DNA of 64,000 nucleotides, taken from assembly GCF_964204645.1 (NCBI RefSeq), contig NW_027437460.1:1-64000 (forward strand), in the 5' to 3' direction. Shown one piece after another: positions 38,501 to 53,500 of the stretch. Position numbers and translations under genes: made by a program. The stretch's first letter is position 1; the number at the start of each line of letters is the position of its first letter. The stretch comes from Tubulanus polymorphus. Taxonomy: Eukaryota > Animalia > Nemertea. Below the pieces are notes generated by a model. It was given only the letters and a program-made list of their open reading frames with translations. It did not search any database and was not told the DNA's origin.

Positions 38501-41500
38501 GAAATCAGTTCAGTTTACCTTAACCTATCATTTCAGATCGAATCTATCATCTTCAGGAGCAAAAGTAGCTAGAAAATTCTTAATCTTTCCACCTATCTAT
38601 TTCAAATCAGTTCAATACGCCTAAACCCATCTTTTCAGATTGAAACCATCATCTTCAGAAGCAAAAGCAGCCAGAAAATTCTGAATCTTTCAAACAGTCT
38701 ATTGAAAATCAGTTCAGTACACCCTAACCCACCAATTAAGATAGATTCATCATCTTTAGGACCATATTTAGCTAGAAAAATCTGTATCTTTCAACCCATC
38801 TACTCGAAATCAGTTCAGTTTACCTTAACCTATCATTTCAGATCGAATCCATCATCTTCAGGAGCATTTAGTAGCCAGAAAATTCTCAATCTTTCCACCT
38901 ATCTATTTCAAATCAGTTCAATACGCCTAAACCCATCTTTTCAGATTGAATCCATCATCTTCAGAAGCAAAAGCAGCCAGAAAATTCTGAATCTTTCAAA
39001 CAGTCTATTGAAAATCAGTTCAGTACACCCTAACCCACCAATTAAGATAGAATTCATCATCTTTAGGACCATATTTAGCTAGAAAAATCTGTATCTTTCA
39101 ACCGATCTACTCGAAATCAGTTCAATTTACCTTAACCAATCATTTCAGATCGAATCCATCATCTTCAGGAGCAAAAGTAGCTAGAAAATTCTTAATCTTT
39201 CCACCTATCTATTTGAAATCAGTTCAATACGCTTAAACCCATCTTTTCAGATTGAATCCATCATCTTCAGAAGCAAAAGCAGCCAGAAAATTCTGAATCT
39301 TTCAAACAGTCTATTGAAAATCAGTTCAGTACACCCTAACCCACCAATTAAGATAGATTCATCATCTTTAGGACCATATTTAGCTAGAAAAATCTGTATC
39401 TTTCAACCCATCTACTCGAAATCAGTTCAGTTTACCTTAACCTATCATTTCAGATCGAATCCATCATCTTCAGGAGCAAAAAGTAGCTAGAAAATTCCTA
39501 ATCTTTCCACCTATCTATTTCAAATCAGTTCAATACGCCTAAACCCATCTTTTCAGATTGAAAGCATCATCTTCAGAAGCAAAAGCAGCCAGAAAATTCT
39601 GAATCTTTCAAACAGTCTATTGAAAATCAGTTCAGTACACCCTAACCCACCAATTAAGATAGAATTCATCATCTTTAGGACCATATTTAGCTAGAAAAAT
39701 CTGTATCTTTCAACCCATCTACTCGAAATCAGTTCAGATTACCTTAACCTATCATTTGAGATCGAATCCATCATCTTCAGGAGCATTTAGTAGCCAGAAA
39801 ATTCTTAACCTTTCCACCTATCTATTTCAAATCAGTTCAATACGCCTAAACCCATCTTTTCAGATTGAATCCATCATCTTCAGAAGCAAAAGCAGCCAGA
39901 AAATCCTGAATCTTTCAAACAGTCTATTCAAAATCAGTTCAGTACACCCTAACACACCAATTAAGATAGAATTCATCATCTTTAGGACCATATTTAGCTA
40001 GAAAAATCTGTATCTTTCAACCGATCTACTCGAAATCAGTTCAGTTTACCTTAACCTATCATTTCAGATCGAATCCATCATCTTCAGGAGCAAAAGTAGC
40101 TAGAAAATTCTTAATCTTTCCACCTATCTATTTGAAGTCAGTTCAATACGCCTTAACCCATCTTTTCAGATTGAAACCATCATCTTCAGAAGCAAAAGCA
40201 GCCAGAAAATTCTGAATCTTTCAAACAGTCTATTGAAAATCAGTTCAGTACACCCTAACCCACCAATTAAGATAGAATTCATCATCTTTAGGACCATATT
40301 TAGCTAGAAAAATCTGTATCTTTCAACCCATCCACCAAAAATCAGTTCAGTTTACCTTAACCTATCATTTCAGATCGAATCCATCATCTTCAGGAGCAAA
40401 AGTAGCTAGAAAATTCTTAATCTTTCCACCTATCTATTTGAAGTCAGTTCAATACGCCTTAACCCATCTTTTCAGATTGAAACCATCATCTTCAGAAGCA
40501 AAAGCAGCCAGAAAATTCTGAATCTTTCAAACAGTCTATTGAAAATCAGTTCAGTACACCCTAACCCACCAATTAAGATAGAATTCATCATCTTTAGGAC
40601 CATATTTAGCTAGAAAAATCTGTATCTTTCAACCCATCTACTCGAAATCAGTTTAGTTTACCTTAACCTATCATTTGAGATCGAATCCATCATCTTCAGG
40701 AGCATTTAGTAGCCAGAAAATTCTTAATCTTTCCACCTATCTATTTCAAATCAGTTCAATACGCCTAAACCCATCTTTTCAGATTGAATCCATCATCTTC
40801 AGAAGCAAAAGCAGCCAGAAAATTCTGAATCTTTCAAACAGTCTATTGAAAATCAGTTCAGTACACCCTAACCCACCAATTAAGATAGAATTCATCATCT
40901 TTAGGGCCATATTTAGCTAGAAAAATCTGTATCTTTCAACCCATCTACTCGAAATCAGTTCAGTTTACCTTAACCTATCATTTCAGATCGAATCTATCAT
41001 CTTCAGGAGCAAAAGTAGCTAGAAAATTCTTAATCTTTCCACCTATCTATTTCAAATCAGTTCAATACGCCTAAACCCATCTTTTCAGATTGAAACCATC
41101 ATCTTCAGAAGCAAAAGCAGCCAGAAAATTCTGAATCTTTCAAACAGTCTATTGAAAATCAGTTCATTACACCCTAACCCACCAATTAAGATAGAATTCA
41201 TCATCTTTAGGACCATATTTAGCTAGAAAAATCTGTATCTTTCAACCCATCTACTCGAAATCAGTTCAGTTTACCTTAACCTATCATTTCAGATTGAATC
41301 TATCATCTTCAGGAGCAAAAGTAGCTAGAAAATTCTTAATCTTTCCACCTATCTATTTCAAATCAGTTCAATACGCCTAAACCCATCTTTTCAGATTGAA
41401 TCCATCATCTTCAGAAGCAAAAGAAGCCAGAAAATTCTGAATCTTTCAAACAGTCTATTGAAAATCAGTTCAGTACTCCCTAACCCACCAATTAAGATAG

Positions 41501-44500
41501 AATTCATCATCTTTGGGACCATATTTAGCTAGAAAAATCTGTATCTTTCAACCCATCTACTCGAAATCAGTTTAGTTTACCTTAACCTAGCATTTGAGAT
41601 CGAATCCATCATCTTTAGGAGCAAAAGTAGCAAGAAAATTCTTAATCTTTCCACCTATCTATTTCAAATCAGTTCAATACGCCAAAAACTATCTTTTCAG
41701 ATTGAATCCATCACCTTCAGAAGCAAAAGAAGCCAGAAAATTCTGAATCTTTCAAACAGTCTATTGAAAATCAGTTCAGTACACCCTAACCCACCAATTA
41801 AGATAGAATTCATCATCTTTAGGACCATATTTAGCTAGAAAAATCTGTATCTTTCAACCCATCTACTCGAAATCAGTTCAGTTTACCTTAACCTATCATT
41901 TCAGATCGAATTCATCATCTTCAGGAGCATTTAGTAGCCAGAAAATTCTTAATCTTTCCACCTATCTATTTCAAATCAGTTCAATACGCCTAAACCCATC
42001 TTTTCAGATTGAAACCATCATCTTCAGAAGCAAAAGCAGCCAGAAAATTCTGAATCTTTCAAACAGTCTATTGAAAATCAGTTCAGTACACCCTAACCCA
42101 CCAATTAAGATAGAATTCATCATCTTTAGGACCATATTTAGCTAGAAAAATCTGTATCTTTCAACCCATCTACTCGAAATCAGTTCAGTTTACCTTAACC
42201 TATCATTTCAGATCGAATCCATCCTCTTCAGGAGCAAAAAGTAGCTAGAAAATTCTTAATCTTTCCACCTATCTATTTCAAAGCAGTTCAATACGCCTAA
42301 ACCCATCTTTTCAGATTGAAAGCATCATCTTCAGAAGCAAAAGCAGCCAGAAAATTCTGAATCTTTCAAACAGTCTATTGAAAATCAGTTCAGTACACCC
42401 TAACCCACCAATTAAGATAGAATTCATCATCTTTAGGACCATATTTAGCTAGAAAAATCTGTATCTTTCAACCCATCTACTCGAAATCAGTTCAGTTTAC
42501 CTTAACCTATCATTTCAGATTGAATCTATCATCTTCAGGAGCAAAAGTAGCTAGAAAATTCTTAATTTTTCCACCTATCTATTTCAAATCAGTTCAATAC
42601 GCCTAAACCCATCTTTTCAGATTGAATCCATCATCTTCAGAAGCAAAAGCAGCCAGAAAATCCTGAATCTTTCAAACAGTCTATTGAAAATCAGTTCAGT
42701 ACACCCTAACCCACCAATTAAGATAGAATTCATCATCTTTAGGACCATATTTAGCTAGAAAAATCTGTATCTTTCAACCGATCTACTCGAAATCAGTTCA
42801 CTTTACCTTAACCAATCATTTCAGATCGAATCCATCATCTTCAGGAGCAAAAGTAGCTAGAAAATTCTTAATCTTTCCACCTATCTATTTGAAATCAGTT
42901 CAATACGCCTAAACCCATCTTTTCAGATTGAATCCATCATCTTCAGAAGCAAAAGCAGCCAGAAAATTCTGAATCTTTCAAACAGTCTATTGAAAATCAG
43001 TTCAGTACACCCTAACCCACCAATTAAGATAGAATTCATCATCTTTAGGACCATATTTAGCTAGAAAAATCTGTATCTTTCAACCCATCTACTCGAAATC
43101 AGTTCAGTTTACCTTAACCTATCATTTAAGATCGAATCCATCCTCTTCAGGAGCAAAAAGTAGCTAGAAAATTCTTAATCTTTCCACCTATCTATTTCAA
43201 AGCAGTTCAATACGCCTAAACCCATCTTTTCAGATTGAAAGCATCATCTTCAGAAGCAAAAGCAGCCAGAAAATTCTGAATCTTTCAAACAGTCTATTGA
43301 AAATCAGTTCAGTACACCCTAACCCACCAATTAAGATAGAATTCATCATCTTTAGGACCATATTTAGCTAGAAAAATCTGTATCTTTTAACCCATCTACT
43401 CGAAATCAGTTCAGTTTACCTTAACCTATCATTTCAGATTGAATCGATCATCTTCAGGAGCAAAAGTAGCTAGAAAATTCTTAATTTTTCCACCTATCTA
43501 TTTCAAATCAGTTCAATACGCCTAAACCCATCTTTTCAGATTGAATCCATCATCTTCAGAAGCAAAAGCAGCCAGAAAATTCTGAATCTTTCAAACAGTC
43601 TATTGAAAATCAGTTCAGTACACCCTAACCCACCAATTAAGATAGAATTCATCATCTTTAGGACCATATTTAGCTAGAAAAATCTGTATCTTTCAACCCA
43701 TCTACTCGAAATCAGTTCAGTTTACCTTAACCTATCATTTCAGATCGAATCCATCATCTTCAGGAGCATTTAGTAGCCAGAAAATTCTTAATCTTTCCAC
43801 CTATCTATTTCAAATCAGTTCAATACGCCTAAACCCATCTTTTCAGATTGAATCCATCATCTTCAGAAGCAAAAGCAGCCAGAAAATCCTGAATCTTTCA
43901 AACAGTCTATTGAAAATCAGTTCAGTACACCCTAACCCACCAATTAAGATAGAATTCATCATCTTTAGGACCATATTTAGCTAGAAAAATCTGTATCTTT
44001 CAACCGATCTACTCGAAATCAGTTCACTTTACCTTAACCAATCATTTCAGATCGAATCCATCATCTTCAGGAGCAAAAGTAGCTAGAAAATTCTTAATCT
44101 TTCCACCTATCTATTTGAAATCAGTTCAATACGCCTAAACCCATCTTTTCAGATTGAATCCATCATCTTCAGAAGCAAAAGCAGCCAGAAAATTCTGAAT
44201 CTTTCAAACAGTCTATTGAAAATCAGTTCAGTACACCCTAACCCACCAATTAAGATAGATTCATCATCTTTAGGACCATATTTAGCTAGAAAAATCTGTA
44301 TCTTTCAACCCATCTACTCGAAATCAGTTCAGTTTACCTTAACCTATCATTTGAGATCGAATCCATCATCTTCAGGAGCATTTAGTAGCCAGAAAATTCT
44401 TAAACTTTCCACCTATCTATTTCAAATCAGTTCAATACGCCTAAACCCATCTTTTCAGATTGAATCCATCATCTTCAGAAGCAAAAGCAGCCAGAAAATT

Positions 44501-47500
44501 CTGAATCTTTCAAACAGTCTATTGAAAATCAGTTCAGTACACCCTAACCCACCAATTAAGATAGAATTCATCATCTTTAGGACCATATTTAGCTAGAAAA
44601 ATCTGTATCTTTCAACCGATCTACTCGAAATCAGTTCAGTTTACCTTAACCTATCATTTCAGATCGAATCCATCATCTTCAGGAGCAAAAAGTAGCTAGA
44701 AAATTCTTAATCTTTCCACCTATCTATTTCAAATCAGTTCAATACGCCTAAACCCATCTTTTCAGATTGAAAGCATCATCTTCAGAAGCAAAAGCAGCCA
44801 GAAAATTCTGAATCTTTCAAACAGTCTATTGAAAATCAGTTCAGTACACCCTAACCCACCAATTAAGATAGAATTCATCATCTTTAGGACCATATTTAGC
44901 TAGAAAAATCTGTATCTTTCAACCCATCAACTCGAAATCAGTTCAGTTTACCTTAACCTATCATTTCAGATTGAATCTATCATCTTCAGGAGCAAAAGTA
45001 GCTAGAAAATTCGTAATCTTTCCACCTATCTATTTGAAATCAGTTCAATACGCCTAAACCCATCTTTTCAGATTGAATCCATCATCTTCAGAAGCAAAAG
45101 CAGCCAGAAAATTCTGAATCTTTCAAACAGTCTATTGAAAATCAGTTCAGTACTCCCTAACCCACCAATTAAGATAGAATTCATCATCTTTAGGACCATA
45201 TTTAGCTAGAAAAATCTGTATCTTTCAACCCATCTACTCGAAATCAGTTCAGTTTACCTTAACCTATCATTTCAGATCGAATTCATCATCTTCAGGAGCA
45301 TTTAGTAGCCAGAAAATTCTTAATCTTTCCACCTATCTATTTCAAATCAGTTCAATACGCCTAAACCCATCTTTTCAGATTGAAACTATCATCTTCAGAA
45401 GCAAAAGCAGCCAGAAAATTCTGAATCTTTCAAACAGTCTATTGAAAATCAGTTCAGTACACCCTAACCCACCAATTAAGATAGAATTCATCATCTTTAG
45501 GACCATATTTAGCTAGAAAAATCTGTATCTTTCAACCCATCTACTCGAAATCAGTTCAGTTTACCTTAACCTATCATTTCAGATCGAATCCATCCTCTTC
45601 AGGAGCAAAAAGTAGCTAGAAAATTCTTAATCTTTCCACCTATCTATTTCAAAGCAGTTCAATACGCCTAAACCCATCTTTTCAGATTGAAAGCATCATC
45701 TTCAGAAGCAAAAGCAGCCAGAAAATTCTGAATCTTTCAAACAGTCTATTGAAAATCAGTTCAGTACACCCTAACCCACCAATTAAGATAGAATTCATCA
45801 TCTTTAGGACCATATTTAGCTAGAAAAATCTGTATCTTTCAACCGATCTACTCGAAATCAGTTCACTTTACCTTAACCAATCATTTCAGATCGAATCCAT
45901 CATCTTCAGGAGCAAAAGTAGCTAGAAAATTCTTAATCTTTCCACCTATCTATTTGAAATCAGTTCAATACGCCTAAACCCATCTTTTCAGATTGAATCC
46001 ATCATCTTCAGAAGCAAAAGCAGCCAGAAAATTCTGAATCTTTCAAACAGTCTATTGAAAATCAGTTCAGTACACCCTAACCCACCAATTAAGATAGAAT
46101 TCATCATCTTTAGGACCATATTTAGCTAGAAAAATCTGTATCTTTCAACCCATCTACTCGAAATCAGTTCAGTTTACCTTAACCTATCATTTAAGATCGA
46201 ATCCATCCTCTTCAGGAGCAAAAAGTAGCTAGAAAATTCTTAATCTTTCCACCTATCTATTTCAAAGCAGTTCAATACGCCTAAACCCATCTTTTCAGAT
46301 TGAAAGCATCATCTTCAGAAGCAAAAGCAGCCAGAAAATTCTGAATCTTTCAAACAGTCTATTGAAAATCAGTTCAGTACACCCTAACCCACCAATTAAG
46401 ATAGAATTCATCATCTTTAGGACCATATTTAGCTAGAAAAATCTGTATCTTTTAACCCATCTACTCGAAATCAGTTCAGTTTACCTTAACCTATCATTTC
46501 AGATTGAATCGATCATCTTCAGGAGCAAAAGTAGCTAGAAAATTCTTAATTTTTCCACCTATCTATTTCAAATCAGTTCAATACGCCTAAACCCATCTTT
46601 TCAGATTGAATCCATCATCTTCAGAAGCAAAAGCAGCCAGAAAATTCTGAATCTTTCAAACAGTCTATTGAAAATCAGTTCAGTACACCCTAACCCACCA
46701 ATTAAGATAGAATTCATCATCTTTAGGACCATATTTAGCTAGAAAAATCTGTATCTTTCAACCCATCTACTCGAAATCAGTTCAGTTTACCTTAACCTAT
46801 CATTTCAGATCGAATCCATCATCTTCAGGAGCATTTAGTAGCCAGAAAATTCTTAATCTTTCCACCTATCTATTTCAAATCAGTTCAATACGCCTAAACC
46901 CATCTTTTCAGATTGAATCCATCATCTTCAGAAGCAAAAGCAGCCAGAAAATCCTGAATCTTTCAAACAGTCTATTGAAAATCAGTTCAGTACACCCTAA
47001 CCCACCAATTAAGATAGAATTCATCATCTTTAGGACCATATTTAGCTAGAAAAATCTGTATCTTTCAACCCATCTACTCGAAATCAGTTCAGTTTACCTT
47101 AACCTATCATTTGAGATCGAATCCATCATCTTCAGGAGCATTTAGTAGCCAGAAAATTCTTAAACTTTCCACCTATCTATTTCAAATCAGTTCAATACGC
47201 CTAAACCCATCTTTTCAGATTGAATCCATCATCTTCAGAAGCAAAAGCAGCCAGAAAATTCTGAATCTTTCAAACAGTCTATTGAAAATCAGTTCAGTAC
47301 ACCCTAACCCACCAATTAAGATAGAATTCATCATCTTTAGGACCATATTTAGCTAGAAAAATCTGTATCTTTCAACCGATCTACTCGAAATCAGTTCAGT
47401 TTACCTTAACCTATCATTTCAGATCGAATCCATCATCTTCAGGAGCAAAAAGTAGCTAGAAAATTCTTAATCTTTCCACCTATCTATTTCAAATCAGTTC

Positions 47501-50500
47501 AATACGCCTAAACCCATCTTTTCAGATTGAAAGCATCATCTTCAGAAGCAAAAGCAGCCAGAAAATTCTGAATCTTTCAAACAGTCTATTGAAAATCAGT
47601 TCAGTACACCCTAACCCACCAATTAAGATAGAATTCATCATCTTTAGGACCATATTTAGCTAGAAAAATCTGTATCTTTCAACCCATCAACTCGAAATCA
47701 GTTCAGTTTACCTTAACCTATCATTTCAGATTGAATCTATCATCTTCAGGAGCAAAAGTAGCTAGAAAATTCGTAATCTTTCCACCTATCTATTTGAAAT
47801 CAGTTCAATACGCCTAAACCCATCTTTTCAGATTGAATCCATCATCTTCAGAAGCAAAAGCAGCCAGAAAATTCTGAATCTTTCAAACAGTCTATTGAAA
47901 ATCAGTTCAGTACTCCCTAACCCACCAATTAAGATAGAATTCATCATCTTTAGGACCATATTTAGCTAGAAAAATCTGTATCTTTCAACCCATCTACTCG
48001 AAATCAGTTCAGTTTACCTTAACCTATCATTTCAGATCGAATTCATCATCTTCAGGAGCATTTAGTAGCCAGAAAATTCTTAATATTTCCACCTATCTAT
48101 TTCAAATCAGTTCAATACGCCTAAACCCATCTTTTCAGATTGAAACCATCATCTTCAGAAGCAAAAGCAGCCAGAAAATTCTGAATCTTTCAAACAGTCT
48201 ATTGAAAATCAGTTCAGTACACCCTAACCCACCAATTAAGATAGAATTCATCATCTTTAGGACCATATTTAGCTAGAAAAATCTGTATCTTTCAACCCAT
48301 CTACTCGACATCAGTTTAGTTTACCTTAACCTATCATTTCAGATCGAATCCATCATCTTCAGGAGCATTTAGTAGCCAGAAAATTCTTAATCTTTCCACC
48401 TATCTATTTCAAATCAGTTCAATACGCCTAAACCCATCTTTTCAGATTGAATCCATCATCTTCAGAAGCAAAAGAAGCCAGAAAATTCTGAGTCTTTCAA
48501 ACAGTCTATTGAAAATCAGTTCAGTACACCCTAACCCACCAATTAAGATAGAATTCATCATCTTTAGGACCATATTTAGCTAGAAAAATCTGTATCTTTC
48601 AACCCATCTACTCGAAATCAGTTCAGTTTACCTTAACCTATCATTTCAGATCGAATCTATCATCTTCAGGAGCAAAAGTAGCTAGAAAATTCTTAATCTT
48701 TCCACCTATCTATTTCAAATCAGTTCAATACGCCTAAACCCATCTTTTCAGATTGAAACCATCATCTTCAGAAGCAAAAGCAGCCAGAAAATTCTGAATC
48801 TTTCAAACAGTCTATTGAAAATCAGTTCATTACACCCTAACCCACCAATTAAGATAGAATTCATCATCTTTAGGACCATATTTAGCTAGAAAAATCTGTA
48901 TCTTTCAACCCATCTACTCGAAATCAGTTCAGTTTACCTTAACCTATCATTTCAGATTGAATCTATCATCTTCAGGAGCAAAAGTAGCTAGAAAATTCTT
49001 AATCTTTCCACCTATCTATTTCAAATCAGTTCAATACGCCTAAACCCATCTTTTCAGATTGAATCCATCATCTTCAGAAGCAAAAGCAGCCAGAAAATTC
49101 TGAATCTTTCAAACAGTCTATTGAAAATCAGTTCAGTACTCCCTAACCCACCAATTAAGATAGAATTCATCATCTTTGGGACCATATTTAGCTAGAAAAA
49201 TCTGTATCTTTCAACCCATCTACTCGAAATCAGTTTAGTTTACCTTAACCTAGCATTTGAGATCGAATCCATCATCTTTAGGAGCAAAAGTAGCAAGAAA
49301 ATTCTTAATCTTTCCACCTATCTATTTCAAATCAGTTCAATACGCCAAAAACTATCTTTTCAGATTGAATCCATCACCTTCAGAAGCAAAAGAAGCCAGA
49401 AAATTCTGAATCTTTCAAACAGTCTATTGAAAATCAGTTCAGTACACCCTAACCCACCAATTAAGATAGAATTCATCATCTTTAGGACCATATTTAGCTA
49501 GAAAAATCTGTATCTTTCAACCCATCTACTCGAAATCAGTTCAGTTTACCTTAACCTATCATTTCAGATCGAATTCATCATCTTCAGGAGCATTTAGTAG
49601 CCAGAAAATTCTTAATCTTTCCACCTATCTATTTCAAATCAGTTCAATACGCCTAAACCCATCTTTTCAGATTGAATCCATCATCTTCAGAAGCAAAAGC
49701 AGCCAGAAAATCCTGAATCTTTCAAACAGTCTATTGAAAATCAGTTCAGTACACCCTAACCCACCAATTAAGATAGAATTCATCATCTTTAGGACCATAT
49801 TTAGCTAGAAAAATCTGTATCTTTCAACCGATCTACTCGAAATCAGTTCACTTTACCTTAACCAATCATTTCAGATCGAATCCATCATCTTCAGGAGCAA
49901 AAGTAGCTAGAAAATTCTTAATCTTTCCACCTATCTATTTGAAATCAGTTCAATACGCCTAAACCCATCTTTTCAGATTGAATCCATCATCTTCAGAAGC
50001 AAAAGCAGCCAGAAAATTCTGAATCTTTCAAACAGTCTATTGAAAATCAGTTCAGTACACCCTAACCCACCAATTAAGATAGATTCATCATCTTTAGGAC
50101 CATATTTAGCTAGAAAAATCTGTATCTTTCAACCCATCTACTCGAAATCAGTTCAGTTTACCTTAACCTATCATTTGAGATCGAATCCATCATCTTCAGG
50201 AGCATTTAGTAGCCAGAAAATTCTTAAACTTTCCACCTATCTATTTCAAATCAGTTCAATACGCCTAAACCCATCTTTTCAGATTGAATCCATCATCTTC
50301 AGAAGCAAAAGCAGCCAGAAAATTCTGAATCTTTCAAACAGTCTATTCAAAATCAGTTCAGTACACCCTAACCCACCAATTAAGATAGAATTCATCATCT
50401 TTAGGACCATATTTAGCTAGAAAAATCTGTATCTTTCAACCGATCTACTCGAAATCAGTTCAGTTTACCTTAACCTATCATTTCAGATCGAATCCATCAT

Positions 50501-53500
50501 CTTCAGGAGCAAAAAGTAGCTAGAAAATTCTTAATCTTTCCACCTATCTATTTCAAATCAGTTCAATACGCCTAAACCCATCTTTTCAGATTGAAAGCAT
50601 CATCTTCAGAAGCAAAAGCAGCCAGAAAATTCTGAATCTTTCAAACAGTCTATTGAAAATCAGTTCAGTACACCCTAACCCACCAATTAAGATAGAATTC
50701 ATCATCTTTAGGACCATATTTAGCTAGAAAAATCTGTATCTTTCAACCCATCAACTCGAAATCAGTTCAGTTTACCTTAACCTATCATTTCAGATTGAAT
50801 CTATCATCTTCAGGAGCAAAAGTAGCTAGAAAATTCGTAATCTTTCCACCTATCTATTTGAAATCAGTTCAATACGCCTAAACCCATCTTTTCAGATTGA
50901 ATCCATCATCTTCAGAAGCAAAAGCAGCCAGAAAATTCTGAATCTTTCAAACAGTCTATTGAAAATCAGTTCAGTACTCCCTAACCCACCAATTAAGATA
51001 GAATTCATCATCTTTAGGACCATATTTAGCTAGAAAAATCTGTATCTTTCAACCCATCTACTCGAAATCAGTTCAGTTTACCTTAACCTATCATTTCAGA
51101 TCGAATTCATCATCTTCAGGAGCATTTAGTAGCCAGAAAATTCTTAATATTTCCACCTATCTATTTCAAATCAGTTCAATACGCCTAAACCCATCTTTTC
51201 AGATTGAAACCATCATCTTCAGAAGCAAAAGCAGCCAGAAAATTCTGAATCTTTCAAACAGTCTATTGAAAATCAGTTCAGTACACCCTAACCCACCAAT
51301 TAAGATAGAATTCATCATCTTTAGGACCATATTTAGCTAGAAAAATCTGTATCTTTCAACCCATCTACTCGACATCAGTTTAGTTTACCTTAACCTATCA
51401 TTTCAGATCGAATCCATCATCTTCAGGAGCATTTAGTAGCCAGAAAATTCTTAATCTTTCCACCTATCTATTTCAAATCAGTTCAATACGCCTAAACCCA
51501 TCTTTTCAGATTGAATCCATCATCTTCAGAAGCAAAAGAAGCCAGAAAATTCTGAGTCTTTCAAACAGTCTATTGAAAATCAGTTCAGTACACCCTAACC
51601 CACCAATTAAGATAGAATTCATCATCTTTAGGACCATATTTAGCTAGAAAAATCTGTATCTTTCAACCCATCTACTCGAAATCAGTTCAGTTTACCTTAA
51701 CCTATCATTTCAGATCGAATCTATCATCTTCAGGAGCAAAAGTAGCTAGAAAATTCTTAATCTTTCCACCTATCTATTTCAAATCAGTTCAATACGCCTA
51801 AACCCATCTTTTCAGATTGAAACCATCATCTTCAGAAGCAAAAGCAGCCAGAAAATTCTGAATCTTTCAAACAGTCTATTGAAAATCAGTTCATTACACC
51901 CTAACCCACCAATTAAGATAGAATTCATCATCTTTAGGACCATATTTAGCTAGAAAAATCTGTATCTTTCAACCCATCTACTCGAAATCAGTTCAGTTTA
52001 CCTTAACCTATCATTTCAGATTGAATCTATCATCTTCAGGAGCAAAAGTAGCTAGAAAATTCTTAATCTTTCCACCTATCTATTTCAAATCAGTTCAATA
52101 CGCCTAAACCCATCTTTTCAGATTGAATCCATCATCTTCAGAAGCAAAAGCAGCCAGAAAATTCTGAATCTTTCAAACAGTCTATTGAAAATCAGTTCAG
52201 TACTCCCTAACCCACCAATTAAGATAGAATTCATCATCTTTGGGACCATATTTAGCTAGAAAAATCTGTATCTTTCAACCCATCTACTCGAAATCAGTTT
52301 AGTTTACCTTAACCTAGCATTTGAGATCGAATCCATCATCTTTAGGAGCAAAAGTAGCAAGAAAATTCTTAATCTTTCCACCTATCTATTTCAAATCAGT
52401 TCAATACGCCAAAAACTATCTTTTCAGATTGAATCCATCACCTTCAGAAGCAAAAGAAGCCAGAAAATTCTGAATCTTTCAAACAGTCTATTGAAAATCA
52501 GTTCAGTACACCCTAACCCACCAATTAAGATAGAATTCATCATCTTTAGGACCATATTTAGCTAGAAAAATCTGTATCTTTCAACCCATCTACTCGAAAT
52601 CAGTTCAGTTTACCTTAACCTATCATTTCAGATCGAATTCATCATCTTCAGGAGCATTTAGTAGCCAGAAAATTCTTAATCTTTCCACCTATCTATTTCA
52701 AATCAGTTCAATACGCCTAAACCCATCTTTTCAGATTGAATCCATCATCTTCAGAAGCAAAAGCAGCCAGAAAATCCTGAATCTTTCAAACAGTCTATTG
52801 AAAATCAGTTCAGTACACCCTAACCCACCAATTAAGATAGAATTCATCATCTTTAGGACCATATTTAGCTAGAAAAATCTGTATCTTTCAACCGATCTAC
52901 TCGAAATCAGTTCACTTTACCTTAACCAATCATTTCAGATCGAATCCATCATCTTCAGGAGCAAAAGTAGCTAGAAAATTCTTAATCTTTCCACCTATCT
53001 ATTTGAAATCAGTTCAATACGCCTAAACCCATCTTTTCAGATTGAATCCATCATCTTCAGAAGCAAAAGCAGCCAGAAAATCCTGAATCTTTCAAACAGT
53101 CTATTGAAAATCAGTTCAGTACACCCTAACCCACCAATTAAGATAGAATTCATCATCTTTAGGACCATATTTAGCTAGAAAAATCTGTATCTTTCAACCG
53201 ATCTACTCGAAATCAGTTCACTTTACCTTAACCAATCATTTCAGATCGAATCCATCATCTTCAGGAGCAAAAGTAGCTAGAAAATTCTTAATCTTTCCAC
53301 CTATCTATTTGAAATCAGTTCAATACGCCTAAACCCATCTTTTCAGATTGAATCCATCATCTTCAGAAGCAAAAGCAGCCAGAAAATTCTGAATCTTTCA
53401 AACAGTCTATTGAAAATCAGTTCAGTACACCCTAACCCACCAATTAAGATAGATTCATCATCTTTAGGACCATATTTAGCTAGAAAAATCTGTATCTTTC

